Assembly (NCBI RefSeq): GCF_007748075.1
Contig: NZ_CP036280.1
Coordinates: 900,001-932,000 of the forward strand
DNA length: 32,000 bases
From: Mucisphaera calidilacus
GTDB taxonomy: Bacteria > Planctomycetota > Phycisphaerae > Phycisphaerales > Phycisphaeraceae
Direction: 5' to 3'
Shown: positions 13,615-23,915 of the stretch, piece by piece
How positions within the stretch are numbered: position 1 is the first letter of the stretch
How the letters are laid out: every line of letters begins with the position of its first letter
Made by a program: the position numbers and the translations under genes
The notes under the pieces: generated by a model
What the model was told of the DNA's origin: nothing
Seen by the model: only the letters and a program-made list of their open reading frames with translations
The model's database searches: none

Positions 13615-16146
13615 ATGTTTGAACGCTTCACAGATCGAGCCCGCAAGGTGATGGCCTTGGCCAACCAGGAGGCTCAGCGGTTTAACCACGAGTACATCGG
13701 CACCGAGCACGTGTTGCTGGGTCTGGTGAAGGAGGGTTCGGGTGTCGGTGCGAACGTGCTGAAGAACCTGGACGTTGACCTTCGGAAGGTTCGTCTGGAG
13801 GTTGAGAAGCTGGTGAAGTCGGGCCCGGACATGGTGACGATGGGGAAGCTTCCCCAGACGCCACGGGCGAAGAAGGTGATTGAGTATGCGATCGAGGAGG
13901 CGCGGAACCTGAACCACAACTACGTGGGGACGGAGCACGTGCTTCTGGGGTTGCTGCGTGAGCACGAGGGCGTTGCGGCTCAGGTTCTGATGAACCTGGG
14001 GCTGAAGCTCGAGGAGGTCCGCGAGGAGGTGTTGAATCTCCTGGGCGCGGGCGTTGAGCCCGAGGAGGCGACGTCGAGCGGGAGCAAGTCGTCGGACGAG
14101 CCGTCGAGCAAGGGCGGCAAGAGCAAGACGCCTGCGTTGGACTCGTTTGGTCGCGACCTGACGGAGTTGGCGAAGGAGGGCACGCTTGACCCGGTGATCG
14201 GCCGTGCGGACGAGATCGAGCGTCTGGTGCAGATTCTCTGCCGTCGTTCGAAGAACAACCCGGTGCTGCTGGGTGAGGCGGGCGTGGGCAAGACCGCGAT
14301 CGTCGAGGGTCTGGCGCAGCGGATCATTGGCAACGAGGTGCCTGACATCCTCGCGGACCGTCGGATCGTGGTGCTGGACCTGGCGATGATGGTGGCGGGC
14401 ACGAAGTACCGCGGCCAGTTCGAGGAGCGGATCAAGGCGGTGATGAACGAGGTGCGTCGCGCGAAGAACGTGCTGCTGTTCATCGACGAGCTGCACACGC
14501 TGGTGGGTGCCGGTGGCGCGGAGGGCGCGATCGACGCGAGTAATGTGCTGAAGCCGGCGTTGTCGCGCGGCGAGATCCAGTGCATCGGTGCGACGACGCT
14601 TGACGAGTACCGGAAGTACATCGAGAAGGACGGCGCGTTGGAGCGTCGGTTCCAGACGATCATGGTCGAGCCGCCGAACAAGGCGGACACGGTCCAGATT
14701 CTGCGTGGGCTGCGTGATCGTTACGAGGCGCACCACCGCGTGCGGATCACGGACGAGGCGTTGGAGCAGGCGGTGGAGTTTTCGGAGCGGTACATCACGG
14801 CGCGTGTTCAGCCGGACAAATCGATCGACGTGATCGACGAGGCGGGTGCGCGGATCCGTTTGAAGTCGATGACGAAGCCGCCGAACCTCGCGGAGCTCGA
14901 GGAGCAGATCGAGCGTCTGCAGATCGAGAAGGACGAGGCGGTGAAGGCGGCGGACTACGAGCACGCGGCGGAGCTGCGTGACCGGGCCGAGAGCCTGCGT
15001 GCCGAGAAGGACCAGATCCAGCAGGAGTGGCGTGCGAAGTCGCAGGAAGTGGACGGGGTTGTCGACGAGGAGGTCATCGCCGAGGTGGTCTCGAAGATGA
15101 CCGGCGTGCCGCTGACGCGTCTTGAGAAGGCGGAGAGCCAGCGTCTGCTGCAGCTCGAGGACGAGTTGCACAAGCGTGTGATCAGCCAGGACGAGGCGAT
15201 CAAGGCGATCAGCAAGTCGATCCGTCGTGCGCGATCGGGTTTGAAGGACCCGCGTCGTCCGATGGGTTCGTTCATCTTTATCGGCCCGTCGGGCGTGGGC
15301 AAGACGCTGTTGAGCAAGGCTCTGGCGGAGTTCATGTTCGGCGACCAGGAGGCGTTGATCCGCATCGACATGTCGGAGTACATGGAGAAGCACAACGTGA
15401 GTCGTCTGATCGGCGCGCCTCCCGGGTACGTCGGGTATGAAGAGGGCGGTCAGCTGACGGAGCAGATCCGTCGCCGGCCTTATTCGGTGGTGCTGCTCGA
15501 CGAGATCGAGAAGGCGCACCCGGACGTCTTCAACATGCTGCTGCAGATCATGGAAGAGGGCGAGCTGACGGACTCGTTCGGCCGGCACGTGTCGTTCCGC
15601 AACGTGATCATCATCATGACGTCGAACATCGGCGCGGACCTGATCAAGAACAAGGCGGGTTTCGGTTTCGCGAAGCGGACCGAGGAGGCGGATTACGAGA
15701 AGATCAAGAAGACGCTGATGACGGAGATCGAGCGTTACTTCCGTCCGGAGTTCATCAACCGTCTGGACGAGACGATCATCTTCCGCCCGCTGAACAAGGA
15801 GGACCTTGTCTCGATCGTCGAGTACGAGTTGAAGCAGGTCTTCAAGCGTCTCGAGGAGCGTGACATGTCGCTTGAGGTGGATCAGCCGGCGAAGGATTTC
15901 CTGATCGACAAGGGCTACAACCCGGACTTCGGTGCCCGTCCGCTGCGTCGTGCGATCGAGCATTATGTTGAGGATCCGTTGTCGGAGTCGATCCTGCGTG
16001 AGGACTTCGGCCCGGGTCACGTCGTGCGTGTGACGCGTAAGGAAGACGAGGATCACCTTTCGTTCTCTTCGTCGTTGAAGCCGAAGGCGGAGCCGGATGC
16101 TGATTCGTCGGCGTCGGAGGTCGCGGAGGCGGCGGAGAAGGGTTGA
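13615..16146 (+). CDS. clpC: ATP-dependent Clp protease ATP-binding subunit ClpC
   Basis: Canonical N-terminus [23 protein letters not shown], two Clp_N repeats, Walker A motifs GEAGVGKT and GPSGVGKT, a UVR-type linker ([16 protein letters not shown]) and a G-F-G-F loop. AGGAAG lies 8 nt upstream. 843 aa. The in-frame upstream extension from 13483 is rejected. Confidence 0.9.
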   Translation: MFERFTDRARKVMALANQEAQRFNHEYIGTEHVLLGLVKEGSGVGANVLKNLDVDLRKVRLEVEKLVKSGPDMVTMGKLPQTPRAKKVIEYAIEEARNLNHNYVGTEHVLLGLLREHEGVAAQVLMNLGLKLEEVREEVLNLLGAGVEPEEATSSGSKSSDEPSSKGGKSKTPALDSFGRDLTELAKEGTLDPVIGRADEIERLVQILCRRSKNNPVLLGEAGVGKTAIVEGLAQRIIGNEVPDILADRRIVVLDLAMMVAGTKYRGQFEERIKAVMNEVRRAKNVLLFIDELHTLVGAGGAEGAIDASNVLKPALSRGEIQCIGATTLDEYRKYIEKDGALERRFQTIMVEPPNKADTVQILRGLRDRYEAHHRVRITDEALEQAVEFSERYITARVQPDKSIDVIDEAGARIRLKSMTKPPNLAELEEQIERLQIEKDEAVKAADYEHAAELRDRAESLRAEKDQIQQEWRAKSQEVDGVVDEEVIAEVVSKMTGVPLTRLEKAESQRLLQLEDELHKRVISQDEAIKAISKSIRRARSGLKDPRRPMGSFIFIGPSGVGKTLLSKALAEFMFGDQEALIRIDMSEYMEKHNVSRLIGAPPGYVGYEEGGQLTEQIRRRPYSVVLLDEIEKAHPDVFNMLLQIMEEGELTDSFGRHVSFRNVIIIMTSNIGADLIKNKAGFGFAKRTEEADYEKIKKTLMTEIERYFRPEFINRLDETIIFRPLNKEDLVSIVEYELKQVFKRLEERDMSLEVDQPAKDFLIDKGYNPDFGARPLRRAIEHYVEDPLSESILREDFGPGHVVRVTRKEDEDHLSFSSSLKPKAEPDADSSASEVAEAAEKG

Positions 16147-16204
16147 GCCGAGGGCTTGCCTGAGGTCTGGCCGGTTTGTAGCGGTTACAACGGATTTTCC
16201 TGTG

Positions 16205-16234
16205 AAAGGGGCGGCGATAAGCCGTCCCTTTTTT
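16205..16234 (+). terminator. Intrinsic terminator downstream of clpC
   Basis: GGGGCGGC (16208-16215), loop GATAA, GCCGTCCC (16221-16228) with one G-U pair, followed by TTTTTT (16229-16234). Confidence 0.7.
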
Positions 16235-16369
16235 GCGTTCTCGGGTCGCTGCGCAGGGGGAGAATTGTGTAAGGGTTAGCCGTGGGGTGTGAAGGGTCGA
16301 GCGTGGCTGGACGATTTTGGAGTTACAGGGTGTGCCTGGCGTCCGTCTCTTCAGGAGTGCTGCGTCTCG

Positions 16370-17863
16370 ATGGACAGGGACCTTCTTGAATCGCTGTTGG
16401 AGTCACCCCGCCTGCCGAGTCTTCCGGCGGTTGCGGTTGAGGTGATCTCGCTGGTTCAGGACGAGGACGTGAGCATTGACCGTCTGGCGGCGAAGATCCA
16501 GATGGACGCGGCGATGGCGGGGAAGATTCTCAAGACGGCGAACTCGAGTCTTTACGGCTTGGCGGAGCCGGTGTCGACGATCTCGGCGGCGCTGGTGGTG
16601 TTGGGGTTGAACACGGTCAAGACGCTGGCGCTGGGTTTCAGTCTGCTGGGGAATTTCCAGGAGCAGCCGGACGACGGTTTTGATCGTGACGCGTACTGGA
16701 AGCGTTCGCTTTACTCGGCGACGTCGGCGAAGGTGATCGGCACGCGTCTGTCGCTGCCGTTCCAGGAGGAGATTTTCCTGGCGGGGTTGTTGCAGGACAT
16801 GGGCATCATCGCGATGCGTCAGGTTCTGGGTTCGCGTTACGAGGATCTTCTGGATCAGGCGGGTGGTCATCACCCGATTCTTGTGGAGCTTGAGCGTGCG
16901 GCTTTCGACCTGGATCATGCGGCTGTGGGTGCCGAACTGGCACAGTCCTGGAATGTTCCGGAGATTCTGACGGTGCCGATCCGGTACCACGAGGAGCCGG
17001 AGGAGGCTCCGGAGGCGTTCCGTCAGGGCGCGATGTGCGTGGCGTTGGGCAACCGTGTCGCGGACATGTTCATGCACGAGGAGTCGGGCAACGCGCTGGA
17101 GTTGTTCAAGGCGGGTGCGAAGGAATGGTTCGGGATCGAGGAAGACCGGGTGGAGCCGCTGCTCAAGGAGATCCACGAGCAGGCGGATGAGATCAAGCGA
17201 TTGTTCGCGTTGCCGATGGGTCAGCTGGACAACTTCGAGTCGACGCTGGCGCGAGCGACGGAGCAGCTGCTGAGCATCTCGATCACGACGCAGCAGGAGA
17301 CGACGCGGCTGGCGCAGGAGAACGAGGCGCTGGCGAAGGAGGTTGAGTCGGATGCGCTGACGGGGGTGGCGAACCGGCGGAAGTTCAACGAGATCGTGAC
17401 GGAGGCGTTTGGTCTGACGACGCAGAACGGCGTGGCGGTGAGTCTGATGTTTTTTGATGCGGACCACTTCAAGAGTTTCAATGACACGTACGGGCACCAG
17501 CTGGGTGACCGCGTGCTGATCGAGCTGGCGGGGAAGATCACGGCGACGCTGCCGGACCACGCGACGGTGTGTCGTTACGGCGGCGAGGAGTTCGCGGTGA
17601 TCCTGCCGGGCACGGACCGGAAGCAGGCGTCGAAGCTGGCGGACGTGGTGCGTGAGGCGATCGGGAGCAAGCCCTTGCTGGAGTACGAGGGCGAGTCGAT
17701 GCACGTGACGGTGAGTATTGGTGTGTCGACGCACGAGGGTCAGACGTTTGTGCGGCCGGAGCAGTTCATCAAGGCGGCGGACATGGCGGTGTACGCGGCG
17801 AAGCAGGCGGGGCGGAATTGTGTGCGTGTGTTTACGCCTCGGGTGCGTCCGGCGGCGGCGTGA
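16370..17863 (+). CDS. HDOD domain - coiled coil - GGDEF diguanylate cyclase
   Basis: The N-terminal LPSLPAVAVEVISLVQDEDVSIDRLAAKIQMDAAMAGKILKTANSSLYG is an HDOD signature. The C-terminal DALTGVANRRKF...FFDADHFKSFNDTYGH..GD...RYGGEEFAVIL is an intact GGEEF active site. No RxxD I-site lies five residues upstream of GGEEF. Start at ATG 16370, with AGGAG upstream. Confidence 0.85.
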   Translation: MDRDLLESLLESPRLPSLPAVAVEVISLVQDEDVSIDRLAAKIQMDAAMAGKILKTANSSLYGLAEPVSTISAALVVLGLNTVKTLALGFSLLGNFQEQPDDGFDRDAYWKRSLYSATSAKVIGTRLSLPFQEEIFLAGLLQDMGIIAMRQVLGSRYEDLLDQAGGHHPILVELERAAFDLDHAAVGAELAQSWNVPEILTVPIRYHEEPEEAPEAFRQGAMCVALGNRVADMFMHEESGNALELFKAGAKEWFGIEEDRVEPLLKEIHEQADEIKRLFALPMGQLDNFESTLARATEQLLSISITTQQETTRLAQENEALAKEVESDALTGVANRRKFNEIVTEAFGLTTQNGVAVSLMFFDADHFKSFNDTYGHQLGDRVLIELAGKITATLPDHATVCRYGGEEFAVILPGTDRKQASKLADVVREAIGSKPLLEYEGESMHVTVSIGVSTHEGQTFVRPEQFIKAADMAVYAAKQAGRNCVRVFTPRVRPAAA

Positions 17864-17868
17864 ATGGA

Positions 17869-18531
17869 TCAGGCTGTCTGGGGGAGTGCGGTCATGGCGT
17901 CGAGGATGTCCTGGGTTTCTCGGAGGTATTCGGGGATGTCGGCGGGTTTGATGCGTTTGCCAGAGATGAAGAAGACGAAGCTGCCGAACAGGATCTGGAC
18001 GGTCCAGTAGGGGGTCTTGAGCAGGAGCCTGCGGGTTCTGGGGTCGAGGACGGCGCGGGCATCGATTTCGTTTTCGGCTTTGACCCAGTAGCGTTTTGAG
18101 AACCCGGGGTCTTCGGTGAAGTCGATGTCCTTCTTGCCAAAGAGGTTGTCGATGAAATCATCGAGGTTTTCGGGGCGTGCTTCGATTTTTGGGTATCTGA
18201 GGCCGGGCAGCTGATGGACGAAGACGGTTTGTCGTTTGAGGACTCTGGCTCTGGGGGCTGTGGGCTTGTACTGGTAATCGAAGATGAGGAGGGTGTTGGG
18301 GCCGTCATTCCTGAGGACATTGAGGGAGCGGCGTTTCTCGCCGCTTTGGAAGATGGGTGCGAAGCAGTGCATGGCCGTGCGATGGTCATAGGTTTCGATG
18401 TCGTATGACATCCCGAGTTCCACGGCGAGCCGTGTCATGGCCGCGCGTCGTCGACGTGTGGAGATGATGTCTTTGAGGATCAGGTAGGCGAGCCCCGCAA
18501 GGATCAGACTGATAACGACTGCCGGCGCCAT
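17869..18531 (-). CDS. Hypothetical protein with an N-terminal membrane anchor
   Basis: 220-aa ORF with a single N-terminal TM (VVISLILAGLAYLIL) and no motif I can assign. It begins 14 nt after the asd stop on the same strand. Its codon composition resembles that of its neighbours. Confidence 0.55.
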   Translation of the reverse strand: MAPAVVISLILAGLAYLILKDIISTRRRRAAMTRLAVELGMSYDIETYDHRTAMHCFAPIFQSGEKRRSLNVLRNDGPNTLLIFDYQYKPTAPRARVLKRQTVFVHQLPGLRYPKIEARPENLDDFIDNLFGKKDIDFTEDPGFSKRYWVKAENEIDARAVLDPRTRRLLLKTPYWTVQILFGSFVFFISGKRIKPADIPEYLRETQDILDAMTALPQTA

Positions 18532-18545
18532 GCACAGGTCCGTGG

Positions 18546-19619
18546 TTAGAGGAGTTGTTCGGCGATCTGCACGGCGTTGAGGGCGGCGCCTTTTCGGATC
18601 TGGTCGCCACAGATGAAGATGTCGAGACCGGTGTTGCCCGGCTGGCTGATGTCGGTTCGGATGCGTCCGACGTAGACGTCGTCGCGGTCACTGGCGTCGA
18701 GGGGCGTCGGGAATCGGTTGGCGTCGCGGTCGTCGATGATGGAGATGCCGGGCGCCTCCTCGAAGATCGCTAGGGCCTGTTGTTCGGTGAGGGGTTTGTC
18801 GAGGGTGAGGTTGATGGCTTCGCTGTGGGCGCGGAGGACGGGTACGCGGACGCAGGTGGCGGTGATGGCGGTCTGCTGGTCTTCGGGCTGGTTCCAGATC
18901 TTGTGGGTCTCGCGGACGAGTTTCATTTCTTCGGTGTTGTAGCCTTCGGGCCCGATGTCGGAGTTGTGGCTGAAGACGTTGAAGGCGTACTGGCGGTCGA
19001 AGATCTCGCAGGTGGGTGGTTTGCCCTCGAGGACCTCGCGGGTCTGGAGTTCGAGTTCGGCCATGGCGGCGGCGCCGGCGCCGCTGGCGGCCTGATAGGT
19101 GCTGACGACCATGCGTTTGACGCCTGCGGCGCGGTGAATGGGTGTGACGGCGACGAGGGCGATGATGGTGGAGCAGTTGGGGTTGGCGATGATGCCGGGT
19201 TTGGAGCCGATGGCGATGTCGGCCATGGCTTCGGGGTTGACCTCGGGGACGACGAGGGGGACGCCTGGGGTCATGCGGAATGCGGAGGAGTTATCGATAA
19301 CGATGGCGCCGGCGTCGACGGCCTTCTGGGCGAACTGTTTGGAGATGCCGCCGCCTGCGCTGAAGAGGGCGACGTCGATGCCCTCGAAGGTTTCTTCGGC
19401 GAGGTCGCGGACGACGAGGTCTTTTCCGGCGAAGGTCATGGACTTGCCGGCGCTGCGGCTGCTGGCGAGGAGGCGGAGCTCGTTGATGGGGAAGTTCCGC
19501 TGCTCGAGGACGCGGAGGAACTCCTGCCCGACGGCTCCGGTGGCTCCCGCGATCGCCACGTTGAGGGTGGCGGAGGAGGCGGGGGCGTTGCTGGATGGGG
19601 CCGGGTTCGAGGCGGGCAT
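18546..19619 (-). CDS. asd: Aspartate-semialdehyde dehydrogenase
   Basis: NADP motif IAGATGAVGQEF, active-site NPNCSTI, and STYQAASGAG. Start chosen at ATG 19619 (MPASNP...), with AGGAG 9 nt upstream. 357 aa. Confidence 0.9.
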   Translation of the reverse strand: MPASNPAPSSNAPASSATLNVAIAGATGAVGQEFLRVLEQRNFPINELRLLASSRSAGKSMTFAGKDLVVRDLAEETFEGIDVALFSAGGGISKQFAQKAVDAGAIVIDNSSAFRMTPGVPLVVPEVNPEAMADIAIGSKPGIIANPNCSTIIALVAVTPIHRAAGVKRMVVSTYQAASGAGAAAMAELELQTREVLEGKPPTCEIFDRQYAFNVFSHNSDIGPEGYNTEEMKLVRETHKIWNQPEDQQTAITATCVRVPVLRAHSEAINLTLDKPLTEQQALAIFEEAPGISIIDDRDANRFPTPLDASDRDDVYVGRIRTDISQPGNTGLDIFICGDQIRKGAALNAVQIAEQLL

Positions 19620-19701
19620 GGCGGTCTGCTCCTGAGCGGTTATGGATAAAGGGATCATTGTAGCCGTCTGCGTCGATCTGTCTGCTGCCGAGCGTCGTAC
19701 C

Positions 19702-22700
19702 ATGGGGGTGATGCGACGCTGGTGTTCGATCTTCGGGTGTCTTTGTGTGGTGCTGCTGTCGGCGGTGTCGGCCCGTGGGCAGGGTGCGGTGGTCTACCTG
19801 CCTGAAGATACGGAGATCGATGTCCGTATCGAGGGGATCGAGGATCTGGTGTCGTCGGGCCGGTGGGTGTCGGCGGCGCGGATGGTTCACGGGCTACTGG
19901 TGGAGCACGGGGAGGATCTGGCGCGGGTGGAGGCGGGTTTGCTGCGAGGGGTTCCGGAGGTGGTGTGGTCGGGTGTGGGGGCGTCGGATGAGCTTCGGCG
20001 GGCGTATCGGCGTCTGTACGGGACGCGTGCGGAGGCGGCGTTGGCGGGCGTTGAGCCGGGGCTGGGGGGGCGTGCTGCTTTGGAGCGTATCCGGCGTGTT
20101 TATCGGCCGACGGCGGCGAGTGCGGAGGCGTCGCTGCGTCTGACGGCGATGCATCTTGAGGCGGGTCGGTTGTTGGAGGCGGGGCGTGAATTGGCGCGGG
20201 TGCGTGGGGATCTGGTCGAGCCCGCGATGATGTCGCGGCACGAGCGTCTCGTGGACGCCTTGGACCGGCTGTTGCTGTTTGAGCCTTTGGTGGCAACACC
20301 TGCGGGCGTCGGGGGTGACCGTGGGCGTTGGGGGCCTTCGCCCGGGGTGATCGGTCCGATGGAGGGTACGCCTCTGTGGTCGTTGTCGTGGTCGTCTCTG
20401 ACGGGGGGGGCGTTGGAGGCGGGCAACGAGCAAGAGCGGGCGCGTCGGCTCCAGATGCTGCATCAGGGTTTGCTGGTTCTGCCGGATCCGGTTCTCAGCG
20501 GGGACATGGTTTTTGTGAACACGGGGCGGTTTGTGGTGGGGCTGGATCGGTTTTCGGGCGGGATGCGTTGGCGTGTCAAGGCAGAGGAGGTTGAACCGGT
20601 GGCGGCTGTGGTGGGGAATCAGCGTGTGGTGATCGGTCGTCGTCGGCCGTTGTTGCCTGCGGGGTTGTCGGTTGGTGGTGATCGGGTGTTTGCGGTGCTG
20701 GGCGGCAATGGTCTTGGTGGTGACCCGCGTGCTGCTGCGGTTGCGGGTGGTCGTCAGCTGGTTTGCGTGGGTCGCGAGGCGGGCGTGGTGTTGTGGTCAG
20801 CGGGTGCGGAGGTTTTCGGGGATGCGTCGGTGACGGGTCAGGTGGCGGGGGATCCGCTGGTGCTGGGTGACCGTGTTGTGGTTCAGCTGATTCGCCTGCA
20901 GGCGGGGACGCTTTCTGAGATCGAGATTGTGTGTCTGTCGGCGGAGACGGGTGCGTTGCTCTGGCGTCGTTTCGTGGGGACGGTGGGTGTGGGTCGGGTG
21001 GGGATGCCGAGGTTTCAGGCGGACCTTGGGCTGACGCACGGCGGCGAGCGTCTTGTGGTGGTGCATGGAGCGGGGTTGGTCGCGGTGCTGGACCCCGAGG
21101 ACGGGACGCTTGGGTGGGTGACGTCGCTGGGTGATCGGGCGGATGGGGGCGCGGCGGATGTGCGGTCGGGTCGTCCGTCGGCCGGGCTGCGTTCGGGATC
21201 GATCTGGTCGACGTTGCCCGGTGCTGTGCTGGTGTTGTCGGGTGGGGAGCGTCGTTTGCGCGTGCTGGATCCTGAGCGGGGTCGTCTGCTGGATCGGGAG
21301 GTGCCTGAGGGGTTCGGCGAGGGCGTGACGGCGATGATCCAGTTGGATGATGGGCGGGTGTTGTCGGTGGGGCGTGGTTATCAGGTGTTGGACGAGTCGT
21401 TGGGTGTCGAGCGGTCGTGGGGGTCTGATCCGCGAGAGGCGGCGGGGGAGGGGGATGCTCGGCAGGGCCTGTGGCTGTTGCATCAGCAGGGTCTGGTGTG
21501 GGTTGATGTCGAGGCGGGTCGTGTGGAGCGCTGGGGTGACGTGGCGGAGCTGGTTCGATGGGCGGCTCATCCTGAGCAGTTGCTGTTGGCAAAGCCTGAG
21601 GGGTTGTCGGCGTACATGGCCTGGCCCTTGGCGCGTGCGCGGCTGATTGAGTCGATTGAGGGGGGCGGAGCGGATCCGTCGGTGGCGTTGCGTCTGGCGG
21701 AGGTGGCGTTGGGGCAGGGGGATCGTGAGGCGGTGGCGCTTGGTTTGTCGTCGACGTCGGCGGCGCTTGGTGAGCTGGGTGTTGCGCTGCTGCCGGATGA
21801 GCAGCGGGTGGACCTGGTGGACCGGCTGGTGCGTCTGGGGTTGAGCAGTCCGTGGTCGGGGGGTGAGATTTCGGGTGTGTTGCAGGGGATGCTGGAGTTG
21901 CTGGTGGAGTCGCCTTCGGAGCGAGCCGTGACGGCGTTGCTGCGGGCGGAGGATCTGTCGGCGTCGGGCGAGGTGGTTGAGGCGGTCGGGGTATACCAGT
22001 CGGTGTTGCTGGACGGGACGTTGTCTTCGGCGGTGGTGTCGTGGCTGGGGCCGGGCACGCGTGCGGGCCGTCGTGCGGCGGAAGAGGTTCGCGTGCTGGT
22101 TTCGGTTCACGGTCAGGGTGTTTATGCGGCGTTTGACGATCGGGCGTTGCTGGAGTTGGAGGCGGCGCGTGATCGGCATGATGCCGAGGCTTTAGCGCAG
22201 ATCGCGGTTCGTTATCCGGGTTCGCGTTGGATCCGTCCGGCGTTTGAGTTGGCGGGTGATCTGGCGGCCGGTCGGGGTCGGGTGCTGGAGGCGACGCTTT
22301 ACCTGAGGCAGGCTTATCGGTTTGCCGAGACGGGTTCGGAGGCTCGTTCGCTGGTCGAGCGGCTGATCGGTGTGTACGAGGATGCGGGCATGGCGCGTCG
22401 GGCGTTGGCGTGGGTTCGTCGTTTTGAGCGGGACTACCCGGATGAGGTGCTGGTGCTCGATTCGTCGTCGCTGACGGGTGCGGGGGGGGCGTTGGTGTCG
22501 GACGTGGCCTGGGGGCGTCTGGACGGCGGCGGCTGGACGTCGACGAAGCAGGTGATGATGCCGAGCCGGGGTTCGGAGGTGATCGTGCTGCACGCGGGTC
22601 AGGGGGTGACGCTGATGCGCCAGGCGGCGGGTGAGGCGGAGCCGGTGACGGTGGCGGATCGGGCGTTGAATCCGCCGATCCTGCCGACGGTGAGTGACGA

Positions 22701-23850
22701 GCGTGACGTGCTGGTGATGCAGTTGAACCCTCCTTCCCTGCGTTGTCTGGATCGGGCGACGGGTGAGGAGCGATGGTTGCGGGAGGACGTGTTTGAGGCG
22801 GGGAAGGTTGAGGCGGGGGCGGGGGTGATACAGGGTCAGGTCAATCCGCTGCTGCGGCAGCAGATTTTCGTTCGGCCTGGTCGTGGCGGGTCTCGGGTGA
22901 CGGGGGCGTGGTTTTCGGATTTTCGGTTGGTGGTGATGGGGCAGCAGGGCGAGGTTGCGGGTCTGGATCGTGAGACGGGGGAGACGGTGTGGACGCATCG
23001 GGTGGCGGGGAGTGTGCTGCGCGGGGTGTCGGTGAGTGAGTGGGTGGTGGCGTTACAGCGTCAGCGTCGTGATCCGTCGGGGGCGGTGCGTTGGGACGTC
23101 GAGGTGCTGGACACGCTGACGGGCGAGGTGCTTCACGAGGGGTTGTCGTCGAACGTGCCGGTGTTCAAGGTTGAATTGACGGGTACGGATCAGCTGGTGG
23201 TGCTGCGTCAGGATGGTGTGATGGCGTACAGCGTTCCGGAGGGCGTGTTGCTGTGGCATTACCGTCCGGAAGGGGAGGTGTTTTCGGCGCCGTTCTGGGT
23301 TGAGGATGGGTATGTGGCGTTGCAGAGCAACAAGGGCATTCTGCACGTGGTGGACGTGGATGATGGTGGGGTGCTGCTGACGGCGATGTCGGCGACGCGT
23401 CGGAATGAGGCTTTGTCCCCGATCCGCGTGTCGGGTGATGTGGTGTATGTGCGGTGGGGTGGGATGCTGGCGGCGCTGGACCGTGGCGGGCGGGTGTTGT
23501 GGCGGAATGCGGCGGGTCCGATCGGCCAGCAGCTTCGTGCGCACTGGCTGACACGGGATCGTTTGCTGGTGTGGGCGGACCCGTTTGAGGAGGCGGTGTT
23601 GCGTGAGCGTCCTCACCTGCTGTCGTACGATCGTCGGACGGGCCGGTTGCTGGGGGTGCGTCCGCTGGAGCCGTCGTGGCGGCAGGTGAATCTGAGCATG
23701 AGCGGTCTGAGTGCGGGGGGGCTGGTGTTGAATCTGCGTGGGCATGGCACGGCGGTGCTGAGCGGGGCGGCGGACGGGGAAGACCTTGAGGAGGCGGGTA
23801 TGGGTGATGATGGGTTGGGGGGGCTTCCTGATCGCGGGATGCTGCCTTGA
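19702..23850 (+). CDS. Large secreted repeat protein (PQQ-like beta-propeller blades plus helical/TPR-like segments)
   Basis: Signal-peptide-like start MGVMRRWCSIFGCLCVVLLSAVSARGQGA. It has recurrent G-x-x-x-W blade motifs (GALLWRR, GTLGWVT, GEERWLR, GETVWTH, GVLLWHY, RVLWRN). About 1382 aa. The exact start is uncertain (19702 or 19711). Confidence 0.7.
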   Translation: MGVMRRWCSIFGCLCVVLLSAVSARGQGAVVYLPEDTEIDVRIEGIEDLVSSGRWVSAARMVHGLLVEHGEDLARVEAGLLRGVPEVVWSGVGASDELRRAYRRLYGTRAEAALAGVEPGLGGRAALERIRRVYRPTAASAEASLRLTAMHLEAGRLLEAGRELARVRGDLVEPAMMSRHERLVDALDRLLLFEPLVATPAGVGGDRGRWGPSPGVIGPMEGTPLWSLSWSSLTGGALEAGNEQERARRLQMLHQGLLVLPDPVLSGDMVFVNTGRFVVGLDRFSGGMRWRVKAEEVEPVAAVVGNQRVVIGRRRPLLPAGLSVGGDRVFAVLGGNGLGGDPRAAAVAGGRQLVCVGREAGVVLWSAGAEVFGDASVTGQVAGDPLVLGDRVVVQLIRLQAGTLSEIEIVCLSAETGALLWRRFVGTVGVGRVGMPRFQADLGLTHGGERLVVVHGAGLVAVLDPEDGTLGWVTSLGDRADGGAADVRSGRPSAGLRSGSIWSTLPGAVLVLSGGERRLRVLDPERGRLLDREVPEGFGEGVTAMIQLDDGRVLSVGRGYQVLDESLGVERSWGSDPREAAGEGDARQGLWLLHQQGLVWVDVEAGRVERWGDVAELVRWAAHPEQLLLAKPEGLSAYMAWPLARARLIESIEGGGADPSVALRLAEVALGQGDREAVALGLSSTSAALGELGVALLPDEQRVDLVDRLVRLGLSSPWSGGEISGVLQGMLELLVESPSERAVTALLRAEDLSASGEVVEAVGVYQSVLLDGTLSSAVVSWLGPGTRAGRRAAEEVRVLVSVHGQGVYAAFDDRALLELEAARDRHDAEALAQIAVRYPGSRWIRPAFELAGDLAAGRGRVLEATLYLRQAYRFAETGSEARSLVERLIGVYEDAGMARRALAWVRRFERDYPDEVLVLDSSSLTGAGGALVSDVAWGRLDGGGWTSTKQVMMPSRGSEVIVLHAGQGVTLMRQAAGEAEPVTVADRALNPPILPTVSDERDVLVMQLNPPSLRCLDRATGEERWLREDVFEAGKVEAGAGVIQGQVNPLLRQQIFVRPGRGGSRVTGAWFSDFRLVVMGQQGEVAGLDRETGETVWTHRVAGSVLRGVSVSEWVVALQRQRRDPSGAVRWDVEVLDTLTGEVLHEGLSSNVPVFKVELTGTDQLVVLRQDGVMAYSVPEGVLLWHYRPEGEVFSAPFWVEDGYVALQSNKGILHVVDVDDGGVLLTAMSATRRNEALSPIRVSGDVVYVRWGGMLAALDRGGRVLWRNAAGPIGQQLRAHWLTRDRLLVWADPFEEAVLRERPHLLSYDRRTGRLLGVRPLEPSWRQVNLSMSGLSAGGLVLNLRGHGTAVLSGAADGEDLEEAGMGDDGLGGLPDRGMLP

Positions 23851-23857
23851 GACGGCT

Positions 23858-23886
23858 TTGCCCGGCGAGGTGGTGAGGCGTAGTAT
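23858..23886 (+). promoter_or_regulatory. Candidate sigma-70-like promoter of glyA
   Basis: TTGCCC (23858-23863), 17 nt, TAGTAT (23881-23886). This would give a leader of about 23 nt containing GGAGG (23906-23910). Confidence 0.3.
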
Positions 23887-23915
23887 GTTGTGTTCCCTTG
23901 ATTTTGGAGGCTTTG

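Noticed and set aside
13561-16056. An 831-aa ORF antisense to clpC. Similar long antisense ORFs occur at 8827..10347, 12177..13283, 16403..17734, 20797..22179, 23613..25196, 27090..28322 and 29838..31592.
   Set aside because: All lie opposite genes with unambiguous conserved motifs. All have extreme Arg/Pro/His/Thr/Leu composition and no recognisable motifs. Long open frames on the antisense strand are expected at this GC content.
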